This document shows positions 1 to 8,382 of a stretch of DNA of 64,000 bases, one piece after another. The DNA is from an uncultured Spirochaetaceae bacterium (lineage in GTDB: Bacteria > Spirochaetota > Spirochaetia > Treponematales > Treponemataceae). The notes under the pieces were generated by a model that saw nothing but the letters and a program-made list of their open reading frames with translations, was not told the origin of the DNA and searched no databases. The translations under genes were made by a program, and so were the position numbers. Where the stretch lies: NCBI GenBank assembly GCA_902766125.1, contig CACXCG010000039.1, positions 5,674 through 69,673 on the forward strand. The letters are read 5' to 3'. The first letter of the stretch is position 1; every line of letters starts with the position of its first letter.

Positions 1-556
1 TGTCGGTAATGCAGGAAACGGTTTTGTCTAGGCGCTCAAGTGCAATGGGTGTGTAGCCTGCAAAGTCTTTTTGTGTTTCCCTGAAAAAATGATAGCAGAT
101 GACATGAACTGCATGACTTAAATTAAGCGAAGCAAATTCATCACTTGAAGGAATGGTAACTCCCACGGTGCATTCCAACAGTTCCGGATCAGTAAGACCG
201 GTGCGTTCATTTCCAAATACAACTGCAGTTTTTGCATCTGTGCGGGAAGTGATTGCAACAAATTCTTCGGGCAGTAAAAGTTTTCCCTTGCGTTTTTTTC
301 CGCGTCGTCTTGTTGTTCCTGCTACGGCAGTGCAGTCAGCGGTTGCTTCTGTTATCGAAGAAAAGAACTGAGCATTGTCCCAGATGCAGGCAGCATGAAT
401 TGCAAGAATCCGTACGCGTTCGTCATCAAATTCTTCCCGCTTTCCTACAATGCGCAGTGTGTGTATGCCGTTGTTTGCCATGCTTCTGCAGACGGCACCA
501 ATGTTGCGGCTTTCTTCGGGATGACATAAAACAATGACCAGATTGTCCAGATTCAT
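1..556 (-). CDS. SpoU/TrmH (SPOUT) RNA 2'-O-methyltransferase, TrmJ-like. The 3' end runs off the left edge.
   Basis: Absent from the ORF track because there is no stop codon in the window. Manual reverse-complement translation from the ATG at 556 gives MNLDNLVIVLCHPEESRNIGAVCRSMANNG...AVAGTTRRRGK...VVFGNERTGLTDPEL...SLNLSHAVHV. The frame stays open to base 1. Confidence 0.8.
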   Translation of the reverse strand, partial: MNLDNLVIVLCHPEESRNIGAVCRSMANNGIHTLRIVGKREEFDDERVRILAIHAACIWDNAQFFSSITEATADCTAVAGTTRRRGKKRKGKLLLPEEFVAITSRTDAKTAVVFGNERTGLTDPELLECTVGVTIPSSDEFASLNLSHAVHVICYHFFRETQKDFAGYTPIALERLDKTVSCITD

Positions 557-601
557 GCCCAAACTATATACTGTTTGCCTGTTTGGCGCTACAATACAAA
601 C

Positions 602-1276
602 ATGGAAGAAAAACAAGTCCTTATTTTTGGCGGAACAAGCGGTATTGGAAAAGAACTTGCATGTCTGCTTTCAGAACGCGGAATGTCGGTTACGGTGACG
701 GGTACTTCCAGCTGTTCGGTGGGATTACCTCAGAATGTACGCGTGCTTCCGGTTGCAGCAGAGCAGCTGATGAATGCACAGATGCAGTCTTCTGTTCCTG
801 CGCTTCAGGAATTTTATGACACTCTGGAATCCTGCGACCTCCTGTGCGTAAGCTATGGACCGTTTGTTTCAAAACCGGTGCATCAGACTTCGTTAGCAGA
901 ATGGACAACGGTTGCCCTGTACGATTATGCGCTTCCTGGTATGCTGGTAAGCCGTGCCCTTAACGGAATGATAAAGCGTAAATTCGGAAGAATCCTTCTT
1001 TTTGGCGGAACAAGAACCGATACCATCCGTCCGTGTAAAACCAATGCTGCGTATGCGGGGGCTAAGACAGGGCTTTCGGTTCTGGTTAAGTCTGTGGCTG
1101 CCTGCTATGCTGACAGCGGTATAACCTGCAATGCAGTCCTTCCGGGCTTTGTTACTTCGGTGCCAGACGGTCAGGAAAGCGTAACTGCAGTTTCGGTTGC
1201 CAGAGAGGCGCTCCACCTTCTGGACAGCAAAGATTTGAACGGAAACCTGGTTACCGTGGGAAATACCGCATTTTAA
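602..1276 (+). CDS. Short-chain dehydrogenase/reductase (SDR) family oxidoreductase
   Basis: The N-terminus VLIFGGTSGIGKE is a Rossmann TGxxxGIG motif, and NAAYAGAK is the catalytic YxxxK. I prefer the ATG at 602 (MEEKQVLIF) over the ORF-track start at 575. Confidence 0.8.
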   Translation: MEEKQVLIFGGTSGIGKELACLLSERGMSVTVTGTSSCSVGLPQNVRVLPVAAEQLMNAQMQSSVPALQEFYDTLESCDLLCVSYGPFVSKPVHQTSLAEWTTVALYDYALPGMLVSRALNGMIKRKFGRILLFGGTRTDTIRPCKTNAAYAGAKTGLSVLVKSVAACYADSGITCNAVLPGFVTSVPDGQESVTAVSVAREALHLLDSKDLNGNLVTVGNTAF

Positions 1277-1314
1277 GAAATTTTACGAAAAATGCATAAA
1301 ATGGAGATTTATAT

Positions 1315-1343
1315 TTGACACATTCACTTGTTTTGTGTAGAAT
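1315..1343 (+). promoter_or_regulatory. Sigma70-type promoter: TTGACA (1315-1320), N17, TAGAAT (1338-1343)
   Basis: Near-consensus hexamers with 17-nt spacing, about 60 nt upstream of the STAS gene. Confidence 0.55.
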
Positions 1344-1402
1344 AGTAGAGTGACGACTTACCAGGTGCATCCTGCATTGGTGTGGGTAAGTCACGGAGGA
1401 AT

Positions 1403-1954
1403 ATGAGCAGCAACGATTTAGTTCCTGGCTTTAGTGACGAAAAAGATGACAGCCTCAAAATGAGCCTTGAAAAGTTGGGTGATGTTGAACATGGAATTCT
1501 GGTTTATTTGAACGGATACATCGACACATACAACTCCATCTATTTTCAGAAGCAGGTAAGTCTGATTGTAACAGCAGATTACAGCAACATCGTATTTAAC
1601 TGTGCAAACCTTAACTATGTTTCATCAACCGGTATTGGTTCGTTCACTTCATTCCTTAAGCTGGTTAAGCCTAAGGGAGGCGACATTGTACTTATGAGCA
1701 TTCAGCCCAAAGTACACGAAGTGTTCCAGCTGTTGGGATTCAGTCAGTTCTTTAACATTAAGGATACACTTGAGGAATCTATTGATTTCTTTAAGAAAGG
1801 CGGTGCTCCTGTTGAAGCAAGCGTTTTCCCCAAGGTATTCTCTTGCCCGGTGTGCTCAAAGCGTCTTAAGGCAACAAAGAGCGGTCGTTTCCGCTGTTCT
1901 GAATGTAAGTCAATTCTGGCAATTAATCAGCAGGGACAGGTGTTCTTAGGATAG
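1403..1954 (+). CDS. STAS-domain protein (anti-sigma-factor-antagonist fold) with a C-terminal CxxC...CxxC zinc ribbon
   Basis: LVYLNGYIDTYNS...NLNYVSSTGIGSF...VFQLLGFSQFF is SpoIIAA-like. The C-terminus is CPVCSKRLKATKSGRFRCSECKS. GGAGGA at 1395-1400 precedes the ATG at 1403. Confidence 0.75.
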   Translation: MSSNDLVPGFSDEKDDSLKMSLEKLGDVEHGILVYLNGYIDTYNSIYFQKQVSLIVTADYSNIVFNCANLNYVSSTGIGSFTSFLKLVKPKGGDIVLMSIQPKVHEVFQLLGFSQFFNIKDTLEESIDFFKKGGAPVEASVFPKVFSCPVCSKRLKATKSGRFRCSECKSILAINQQGQVFLG

Positions 1955-1973
1955 CTGTTTTTCTGCACAATAC

Positions 1974-2013
1974 AGGCCTGCGGTCACCATGCTGACTGCG
2001 GGCCTTTTTTTTT
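1974..2013 (+). terminator. Rho-independent terminator
   Basis: The stem is AGGCCTGCGGTCA / TGACTGCGGGCCT, followed by a T9 run. Confidence 0.8.
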
Positions 2014-2336
2014 GCGACCGTTCGGTAACGCAATGTGCACAAGCTGTGGAAAACATGCGCTTTAATCAGTGCAAAACTCGATTTTATTTAAAAAATGCGG
2101 CATGGAATCCTCCAAAAAAAGTGAAAAAATTTTTTAAAAACATATTGACTTTTTTATTTCTATATAATACAACGATTTATACGAGCGTATAGGATTTTTG
2201 CAATTCTTCATAATATCTAGAGTTACGCAATCAGGGTCTGACCCTTGTATTTATAGCAGTAAAACCCCTGTGGAAAACTTGTGTGTATGATAGACAGTAT
2301 ATCAAGAATAGAGTAGATTTGCTTCCTGCCTCAATC

Positions 2337-2365
2337 TCGACAAAATGAGCGTTAGATGTTACAAT
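2337..2365 (+). promoter_or_regulatory. Promoter: TCGACA, N17, TACAAT. The -10 ends 7 nt before the ATG at 2373.
   Basis: Hexamers read directly from the sequence. There is no SD between the -10 and the ATG. Confidence 0.5.
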
Positions 2366-2372
2366 TTATAGT

Positions 2373-3359
2373 ATGAAATCATCTCAAAACTCTGCGGTGC
2401 TGCAGGCTTTCAAACTGATTTTGTGCTATCTCTTTTGTGTTATAGCCGGTACCTTCATTGGTGCAGTTGTTTATATGGTATACCGCGTCTGTACGACGTT
2501 AGTGGCAGGTCAGGCGGTTCATGCGTTTTCCGCTAAACTGCTGGTTGAAGGCGTGCTGGTTATTCTTCCCATGATACTTGGTTTTTCCATCATGCTCATG
2601 GCTTTTTACCTGACCCGGCATCCTTCCCGTAAGATTCTTTCTGTCATTGTGTATGTGGTGCTTTCGCTTGCAACCTGGTATGCAATCCTTCCCCCGGTAC
2701 TCCATGCTGCAGAAAGTCATTTTTCAAACAGTTATGTAAAAGTGTCCGACAGTATTCTGTCACCGGGTTTTTTCCGCGAATCGTATCCCTACGTGTTTTA
2801 TTATTCCGGAGTTAATTCTACGCACACTGCACAGGGACTGGTATTTGAAATGACCAGCGATTTACAGCAGGTGTATACCTTCAGTGATGTTCAGCTTGCT
2901 CAGGCAAGCGGCGGTTTTGCAGACCCGCTCATTGGCGAAACAATTGCAATGCCTTCAGTGATGCACCGAATGCTTTCCTGGTACAAGGGACTTATCAGAG
3001 GTGCGTTCAGGGCAAATGATGCAGGCTACCTTTCCTGGGTATTCTATGCTTCCATGGGAATTGCACTCTGTTCTGTTCTGGGCTTATGCAGAGTTTCAAA
3101 GTGGCGGCTTTTGAATATGAATGCAATTCTGTATGCTTCTGCGGGAATAACCGTGTATAACTATCTGCTTGTTGCAACCGATGTACTTGCTTCACCTTCA
3201 CAGCTCGTTGCGGGATGGTTTAAAAATCTTACGTTCATACAGAATCCGCTTCAGGTGCTGCTGAATCTTTTTGTTGCACTTGTCTTTCTGATTGTGGGAA
3301 TCATTACTACTGTGCGAACTAAAAAAGAAGAGCAGCGTACTATGGGGGCGTCATTATGA
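2373..3359 (+). CDS. Polytopic inner-membrane protein with a 3 TM, about 100-aa loop, 3 TM layout (LptF/LptG-like topology). Function unknown.
   Basis: The hydrophobic segment pattern was read from the translation. Its stop overlaps the next gene's start in an ATGA overlap at 3356-3359. Confidence 0.7.
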   Translation: MKSSQNSAVLQAFKLILCYLFCVIAGTFIGAVVYMVYRVCTTLVAGQAVHAFSAKLLVEGVLVILPMILGFSIMLMAFYLTRHPSRKILSVIVYVVLSLATWYAILPPVLHAAESHFSNSYVKVSDSILSPGFFRESYPYVFYYSGVNSTHTAQGLVFEMTSDLQQVYTFSDVQLAQASGGFADPLIGETIAMPSVMHRMLSWYKGLIRGAFRANDAGYLSWVFYASMGIALCSVLGLCRVSKWRLLNMNAILYASAGITVYNYLLVATDVLASPSQLVAGWFKNLTFIQNPLQVLLNLFVALVFLIVGIITTVRTKKEEQRTMGASL

Positions 3360-5248
3360 AACGAATTTTCGGAATCATGGCCATATACACTGCGCTTATT
3401 TTTGCAGGCTGTGTTGCAGTTTCTTTTTTCTGGGGAAACATCCCTGAACTGTTGCCCGGTGCAGAAACCGGATTTAAATTCTTCCGTGCGCTTAAGTGGT
3501 TTTTGCTTTTTCTGACTCCGATAACACTTACCGGATTTGTTGCCGGTTGTACGGTTGACTGGCGTATCGGCGAATACACGAATGTTGCGCGTTTTTCTCC
3601 GGTAATGTTTGACCGCTTCAAGAAAGTGTTCATTGTGGGAATCTGTATTTCTGCAGCCTTAACACTGAATGCAGAAGTGTTTTTGCCTCTGGTAGAACAG
3701 CATCAGCAGCGGGTAACAGAAGCTCCCGATAACCTTACAAAAAATATTTTCTTTGCAAAAAAATATCAGCTGGAAGGAAAACCGTTGCTTGCATGGCAGT
3801 ATGCAGTGCTTGCACATCAGGTTGCTCCAAAAGATGAAGAAGCCGTTCGCCTGCTTAAAGAAACAGAAGATACGATGGAGCGTGTTCGCGAAACTGCCGT
3901 AAAATCTCCGGAAACAGTTGAACGCATAGAAATGCCCATCTACAGTTCTGATACGGTGTATTCAGTAAAAGAACTTCTGGATAAATCGGATGCCGCCGCC
4001 GCAAAAAAAGAATGGTTTAATGCTCACTACTGGGCAACCCTTGCAATGCAGGCCTGCAGCGGAACTGATACAAACTTAAGCCGTGCACAGGATGCAGCAA
4101 ATCTTGCCTGGAATCATTTAAGTAATCCTTCCGGCTTTAATAACGAAGAAGAAAAAAATTATTTTGCAAGAAAAAAAGAAGGATATGCTGCACTCAACAG
4201 CGGAGACAACTTAAAAGCCTACTACATCTTTGTCGGTCTCAGTAAATCTTCTGCAGAACATGCTGCTGACCCTGACGTTGTGCGCTATCTTGCGGTTGCA
4301 AAAGAACGCGTTGAAAGTGATTTCTTCTTTATTGATGAAACACAGGATCTGCGGCTTCAGGAAAATGCACACAACATATACTTTGCACTTTCGTATGCAG
4401 ACGGCAGTAAGCTGGTGGTGTGCATACGCGGTGCAGTAACCATGAAACAGACCGGCGGTTATATCCGTTACTTTGACGGACTGCATGTTACGCAGTATGA
4501 TTCGCGCGGTAAGTTTGTGCGTTCGTTCTCTGTTCCCTTTGCAAAAGTAATGGCGCTTCCGGTAAGCGTACTGGATGATGCAACGCGTGTCTCTCTGGGC
4601 GTTCAGAGTAACTGGCGGACTATTCCGTATGTGCAGCTGCAGTCTGTTGACCGCGTTACCGAAGGAATTGTAAGTAAGCCTGAATATCAGTATGAAGAAA
4701 TGGGACTTCCTGAAGCCATTGCAGAAAAATTCGGTATCCTCATTCCGCAGGTTTCGGTTACTCAGTTGACTCACACAGAAGTTCCCCCGGAGACAACGTA
4801 TCTGTTCTTACCCATGAATTATGATGATTTTGATGTGTTGACCAGTGCGTCTTCCGGTGCTGATACAATGCCGCTTTTAACGCTGCGCATGTTTATTCCT
4901 AAGGCAGAAGGCTATGGCTTTGCAAAAGAAGTGTACAATCAGTCGTATGTAACACGCATTATGTATGCATTCTTTGTGCTGATTACCGTTGTGCTGACTG
5001 CAATCTTTGCATGGAACTATCGCATAAGCGATGACCGCTCTCCGTTTAAGTTCGGATGGGTATTTATGTTCCCGCTCATAACATTTATGATGCGCATTGC
5101 TGTAGATATTCTTTCGTATCTGTTTACGATTTCAAATTATCTGATTGTAGGAATGTTTGGTTCGGCTGCTATTTTTGTAGCGTTAGGACTGAACGTGCTG
5201 ATACTGATTGTTGTATCAGTCGCGTTCTTAGCCCGTCACGCAAACTGA
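3356..5248 (+). CDS. Large membrane protein: N-terminal TMs, an extracytoplasmic domain of about 430 aa, and C-terminal TMs. Function unknown.
   Basis: 630-aa ORF translationally coupled to the previous gene. Hydrophobic helices sit at both ends, and the central soluble part includes a helical, TPR-like stretch (FFAKKYQLEGKPLLAWQYAVLAHQVAPKDEEAVRLL). Confidence 0.7.
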   Translation: MKRIFGIMAIYTALIFAGCVAVSFFWGNIPELLPGAETGFKFFRALKWFLLFLTPITLTGFVAGCTVDWRIGEYTNVARFSPVMFDRFKKVFIVGICISAALTLNAEVFLPLVEQHQQRVTEAPDNLTKNIFFAKKYQLEGKPLLAWQYAVLAHQVAPKDEEAVRLLKETEDTMERVRETAVKSPETVERIEMPIYSSDTVYSVKELLDKSDAAAAKKEWFNAHYWATLAMQACSGTDTNLSRAQDAANLAWNHLSNPSGFNNEEEKNYFARKKEGYAALNSGDNLKAYYIFVGLSKSSAEHAADPDVVRYLAVAKERVESDFFFIDETQDLRLQENAHNIYFALSYADGSKLVVCIRGAVTMKQTGGYIRYFDGLHVTQYDSRGKFVRSFSVPFAKVMALPVSVLDDATRVSLGVQSNWRTIPYVQLQSVDRVTEGIVSKPEYQYEEMGLPEAIAEKFGILIPQVSVTQLTHTEVPPETTYLFLPMNYDDFDVLTSASSGADTMPLLTLRMFIPKAEGYGFAKEVYNQSYVTRIMYAFFVLITVVLTAIFAWNYRISDDRSPFKFGWVFMFPLITFMMRIAVDILSYLFTISNYLIVGMFGSAAIFVALGLNVLILIVVSVAFLARHAN

Positions 5249-5265
5249 TTTTTTTATGATGTCTG

Positions 5266-6549
5266 TTAGTTGATGTCTACGCGTGTTATGTGAGCACCCA
5301 GTGCCTGTAAGCGTTCTACCAGATGTTCGTATCCGCGTTCTATCTGGTAGACATTGCTTATAACGCTTTCGCCGTGTGCTGCCATTGCTGCAATAACCAT
5401 TGCCATGCCTGCACGTACATCGGGTGACACCAGATGATCTCCGTGTAAGGTACTGGGACCGGTTACAACTGCACGGTGAGGATCGCATAAGGTAATGCGG
5501 GCTCCCATGTTAATCAGCTTGTCAACAAAGAACATTCTGCTTTCAAACATTTTTTCGAAGATAAGAACTGTTCCTTCTACCTGAGTTGCAACAACGGTCA
5601 TGATGCTGGTTAAATCCGGCGGAAATCCCGGCCACGGAGAATCGTCAATCTTAGGAATCATTCCGCCTAAATCAGTGTTTACTTTCATTTCCTGAGCTGC
5701 ATTGACGGTAAGTACATCACCTTCAATTTCCCAGCGAATGCCCAGCTTTCCGTAAGAAATGCGTAAAGGTCTCATGTCGCGTTCACGCACACCGGTAATG
5801 GTAACAGAACCATGGGTTGCTGCTGCCAGTCCTATGAATGAACCTATTTCCATAAAGTCAGGACCAATGCTGTATTCTGTTCCGCCTAACTTTTTTACAC
5901 CGTCTATGTGCAGGATGTTGCTTCCCACACCGCTGATTTTCGCGCCCATAGAGTTGAGCATATTGCACAGATCCTGAACATGAGGTTCGCTTGCGGCATT
6001 TGTAATGTCTGTGCGGCCTTCTGCAAGAACTGCTGCCATAACTGCATTTTCGGTTGCGGTAACTGAAGTCTCATCCAGGAAGATATCGGTTCCCACCAGT
6101 TTGTTTGCAGAAAATTCAAACTTGCCTTCTGTGGTTACGCGTGCACCCAGTTCGGTCAGTGCAAGGAAGTGTGTGTCCAGTCTTCTTCTTCCAATGACAT
6201 CTCCTCCGGGTGGCGGCATGATTGCTTTTCCGGTGCGTGCAACCAGCGGTCCTGCAAACAGAATAGAAGCTCTTATTTTTTTGCTCAGTTCTGCGGGAAT
6301 GTCGTTTCGCTTAACGTTTGCACAGGTAATGCGCCATTCGTGACTGGCAGTGTTCTGTACGTCGGCTCCCAGTGCTTTCAGTATTTCCAGCATGACACCG
6401 GTGTCTTCAATGTCAGGAATGTTTTTAAGTGTTACCGGTTCTGCAGTTAACAGTGCCGCTGCAATACACGGAAGTGCTGCGTTTTTGTTGCCGCTTGCCT
6501 GAACGGTTCCCTTGGTGGGAAATCCGCCTTCAATATGATATTCGTACAT
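5266..6549 (-). CDS. murA: UDP-N-acetylglucosamine 1-carboxyvinyltransferase
   Basis: MYEYHIEGGFPTKGTVQASGNKNAALPCIAAALLT and full-length similarity to the MurA/EPSP fold. The start is at the internal M (6549), 1 nt overlapping the pepT stop. Confidence 0.9.
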   Translation of the reverse strand: MYEYHIEGGFPTKGTVQASGNKNAALPCIAAALLTAEPVTLKNIPDIEDTGVMLEILKALGADVQNTASHEWRITCANVKRNDIPAELSKKIRASILFAGPLVARTGKAIMPPPGGDVIGRRRLDTHFLALTELGARVTTEGKFEFSANKLVGTDIFLDETSVTATENAVMAAVLAEGRTDITNAASEPHVQDLCNMLNSMGAKISGVGSNILHIDGVKKLGGTEYSIGPDFMEIGSFIGLAAATHGSVTITGVRERDMRPLRISYGKLGIRWEIEGDVLTVNAAQEMKVNTDLGGMIPKIDDSPWPGFPPDLTSIMTVVATQVEGTVLIFEKMFESRMFFVDKLINMGARITLCDPHRAVVTGPSTLHGDHLVSPDVRAGMAMVIAAMAAHGESVISNVYQIERGYEHLVERLQALGAHITRVDIN

Positions 6550-7826
6550 TATGACCTCTCTGACTGTGCCCAGACAGCACACAGTTCAATCAGAATTTGT
6601 GTTGCATACAGCATGGAACCAAAACTTGCCCATTCGTACCGTGAGTGGAAGTTATGACCACCGGTAAAAATGTTGGGAGTAGGACGACCCATTTCTGTTA
6701 AGCGAGAACCGTCTGTTCCTCCGCGTATAGGCATAAAGTTTGGTGTTACTCCTGCTTTTTCGTAAGCTTTTACCAGATTGTTTACTACCAGCGGATGCTG
6801 ATCAAGCACTTCTTTCATGTTCACATACTGCTGGGTATGCGTTACCGTTACTGTTCCGCCAAAAGATGCGGCAGTTGCTTCTGCAAGCTGTGTAACCAAT
6901 GCTTTGCGTTCTTCCATTTTAGAAGCAGAAAAATCGCGTAAGAGCAGTGTGACGGTTGTCTGTTCTATGGTGCCTTTGACGGTAAGCGGTGCATAGAATC
7001 CCATGTAGCCGTCTGTTGTTTCCGGCATCTGGTGACGCGGCAGTGACTGCACAAATGCTGATGCCATACAGACTGCATTTACCATTGCGGGGCGTGCGGT
7101 TCCCGTATGTTTTGCAACACCGGTAAACACAACATCACTTTTGTAAGCGTTAAAACATTCGGTTTCAAGTTCTGCAAGGTGTCCGCCGTCAACCGTGTAG
7201 CACTGCGGGGCTGACAGTAAGTCAAGCGGAACTTTGTCCATTCCGTGACCGGTTTCTTCATCCGGTGAAAAAAGCACTTCAACTTTTCCGTGGGCAATTT
7301 CGGGATGCTGTAACAGGTATTCGATTGCAGTCATGATTTCTGCAACACCCGCTTTATCGTCTGCACCCAGGAGTGTAGTTCCGTCGCTGGTAATAACGGT
7401 GTCGTGCATCTGAGCACTAAAGGCAAGGTCTTTGTCGGCTGCCGGATCAAGTGTAATTCCGTAGGGTAAGGTAAGGGGCTTTCCGTCGTAGTTTTCGTGA
7501 ACAAGCGGCTTTACGTCTTTTCCCGTTACTTCTTCAGATGTATCGATGTGAGCAAGCAGTGCAATAACCGGTGTATTCTCAAAGCCTTTTGTTGCGGGAA
7601 TAAAACCGTATACATAGCATTCGGGTAAGGTCTTAACCCCTGATACACCCAGGTCTGACAGTTCCTTGTGTAAAAGGTCTGCAAGGTCTTTCTGCTGAGG
7701 GGTACTGGGAAGGTTTCCTGCATCAGCGCTGTCGCTGTTGGAAGTGGTATATGTCTTTACATAACGTAAAAAACGCTCTTGTAAGGCCGGAGCGTACGGT
7801 TTTGAAAGAATCTGTGTAAAATCCAT
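6549..7826 (-). CDS. pepT: Peptidase T (tripeptide aminopeptidase, M20B)
   Basis: ERFLRYVKTYTTSNS...LLAHIDT...GADDKAGVAEIM...FSPDEETG...GGTDGS are M20 metal-ligand motifs. The start could instead be 7856. Confidence 0.85.
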   Translation of the reverse strand: MDFTQILSKPYAPALQERFLRYVKTYTTSNSDSADAGNLPSTPQQKDLADLLHKELSDLGVSGVKTLPECYVYGFIPATKGFENTPVIALLAHIDTSEEVTGKDVKPLVHENYDGKPLTLPYGITLDPAADKDLAFSAQMHDTVITSDGTTLLGADDKAGVAEIMTAIEYLLQHPEIAHGKVEVLFSPDEETGHGMDKVPLDLLSAPQCYTVDGGHLAELETECFNAYKSDVVFTGVAKHTGTARPAMVNAVCMASAFVQSLPRHQMPETTDGYMGFYAPLTVKGTIEQTTVTLLLRDFSASKMEERKALVTQLAEATAASFGGTVTVTHTQQYVNMKEVLDQHPLVVNNLVKAYEKAGVTPNFMPIRGGTDGSRLTEMGRPTPNIFTGGHNFHSRYEWASFGSMLYATQILIELCAVWAQSERS

Positions 7827-7910
7827 AATAGTGCAAGCATACTGCATTTTGAGCATATCTTCAAGGATGCAGAAAAGGCAGAAATCATCAAAAAAAATTA
7901 AAAAAAACTG

Positions 7911-7939
7911 TTGACAAACTGTATCTGCCGTGCTATGTT
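7911..7939 (+). promoter_or_regulatory. Promoter: TTGACA (7911-7916), N17, TATGTT (7934-7939) for the padR operon
   Basis: Consensus -35 hexamer with 17-nt spacing. Confidence 0.55.
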
Positions 7940-7943
7940 AGAT

Positions 7944-8000
7944 GTAGTACTACGGTAGACATAGTAACGACAAACAAAGTATGCCAGCCATAGTACTATG
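7944..8000 (+). promoter_or_regulatory. Two perfect palindromes sharing a TAGTACTA core: GTAGTACTAC (7944-7953) and CATAGTACTATG (7989-8000). Candidate PadR operators.
   Basis: Each sequence equals its own reverse complement. Both lie between the -10 and the padR start codon. Confidence 0.5.
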
Positions 8001-8031
8001 AATGAAGTATTTTACAGATCAGGAGGAAGCC

Positions 8032-8367
8032 ATGGCAGAAATCAGTTCGGATGTTATCCGGGGCTACAATGACACCATGATTTTGTGCCTGCTGGAAGAA
8101 AACGATTCGTACGGATATGAAATCTCCAAGCGGATTAAATCCATGACGGACGGAAAATATGTGATAAAAGAAACCACACTGTATTCCGCCTTTACCCGCA
8201 TGGAAAAAAACGGTTACGTTTCGTCTTTTTCTCAGCTTGCAGAAAACGGAAGACAGCGTACTTACTACCGCATGACGGAAGCAGGTCGCAAGTATTACCA
8301 CGAAAAATGTGACGAGTGGAAAGTGACTAAAGAAGTCGTTGACTGCTTTGTACGCAATGCACAATAG
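8032..8367 (+). CDS. PadR-family transcriptional regulator
   Basis: ILCLLEENDSYGYEISKRIKS...TLYSAFTRMEKNGYV is the PadR winged helix. AGGAGG precedes the ATG at 8032. The ORF-track start at 8002 lies inside the palindrome. Confidence 0.85.
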   Translation: MAEISSDVIRGYNDTMILCLLEENDSYGYEISKRIKSMTDGKYVIKETTLYSAFTRMEKNGYVSSFSQLAENGRQRTYYRMTEAGRKYYHEKCDEWKVTKEVVDCFVRNAQ

Positions 8368-8382
8368 GAGGAGTAAATAATT

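Noticed and set aside
153-537. Two plus-strand ORFs (72 and 94 aa) from the ORF track
   Set aside because: They lie antisense to a clean, motif-bearing SPOUT methyltransferase frame that stays open from 556 to base 1. Their composition is low-complexity (R/S/V-rich), typical of shadow ORFs.
2014-2372. A structured ncRNA or riboswitch in the 360-bp intergenic region
   Set aside because: I read both strands and found only a short AGGGT/ACCCT hairpin, AT-rich tracts and no match to any consensus I know. The TTGACT at 2145 has no properly spaced -10. The region is left unannotated apart from the proximal promoter at 2337-2365.
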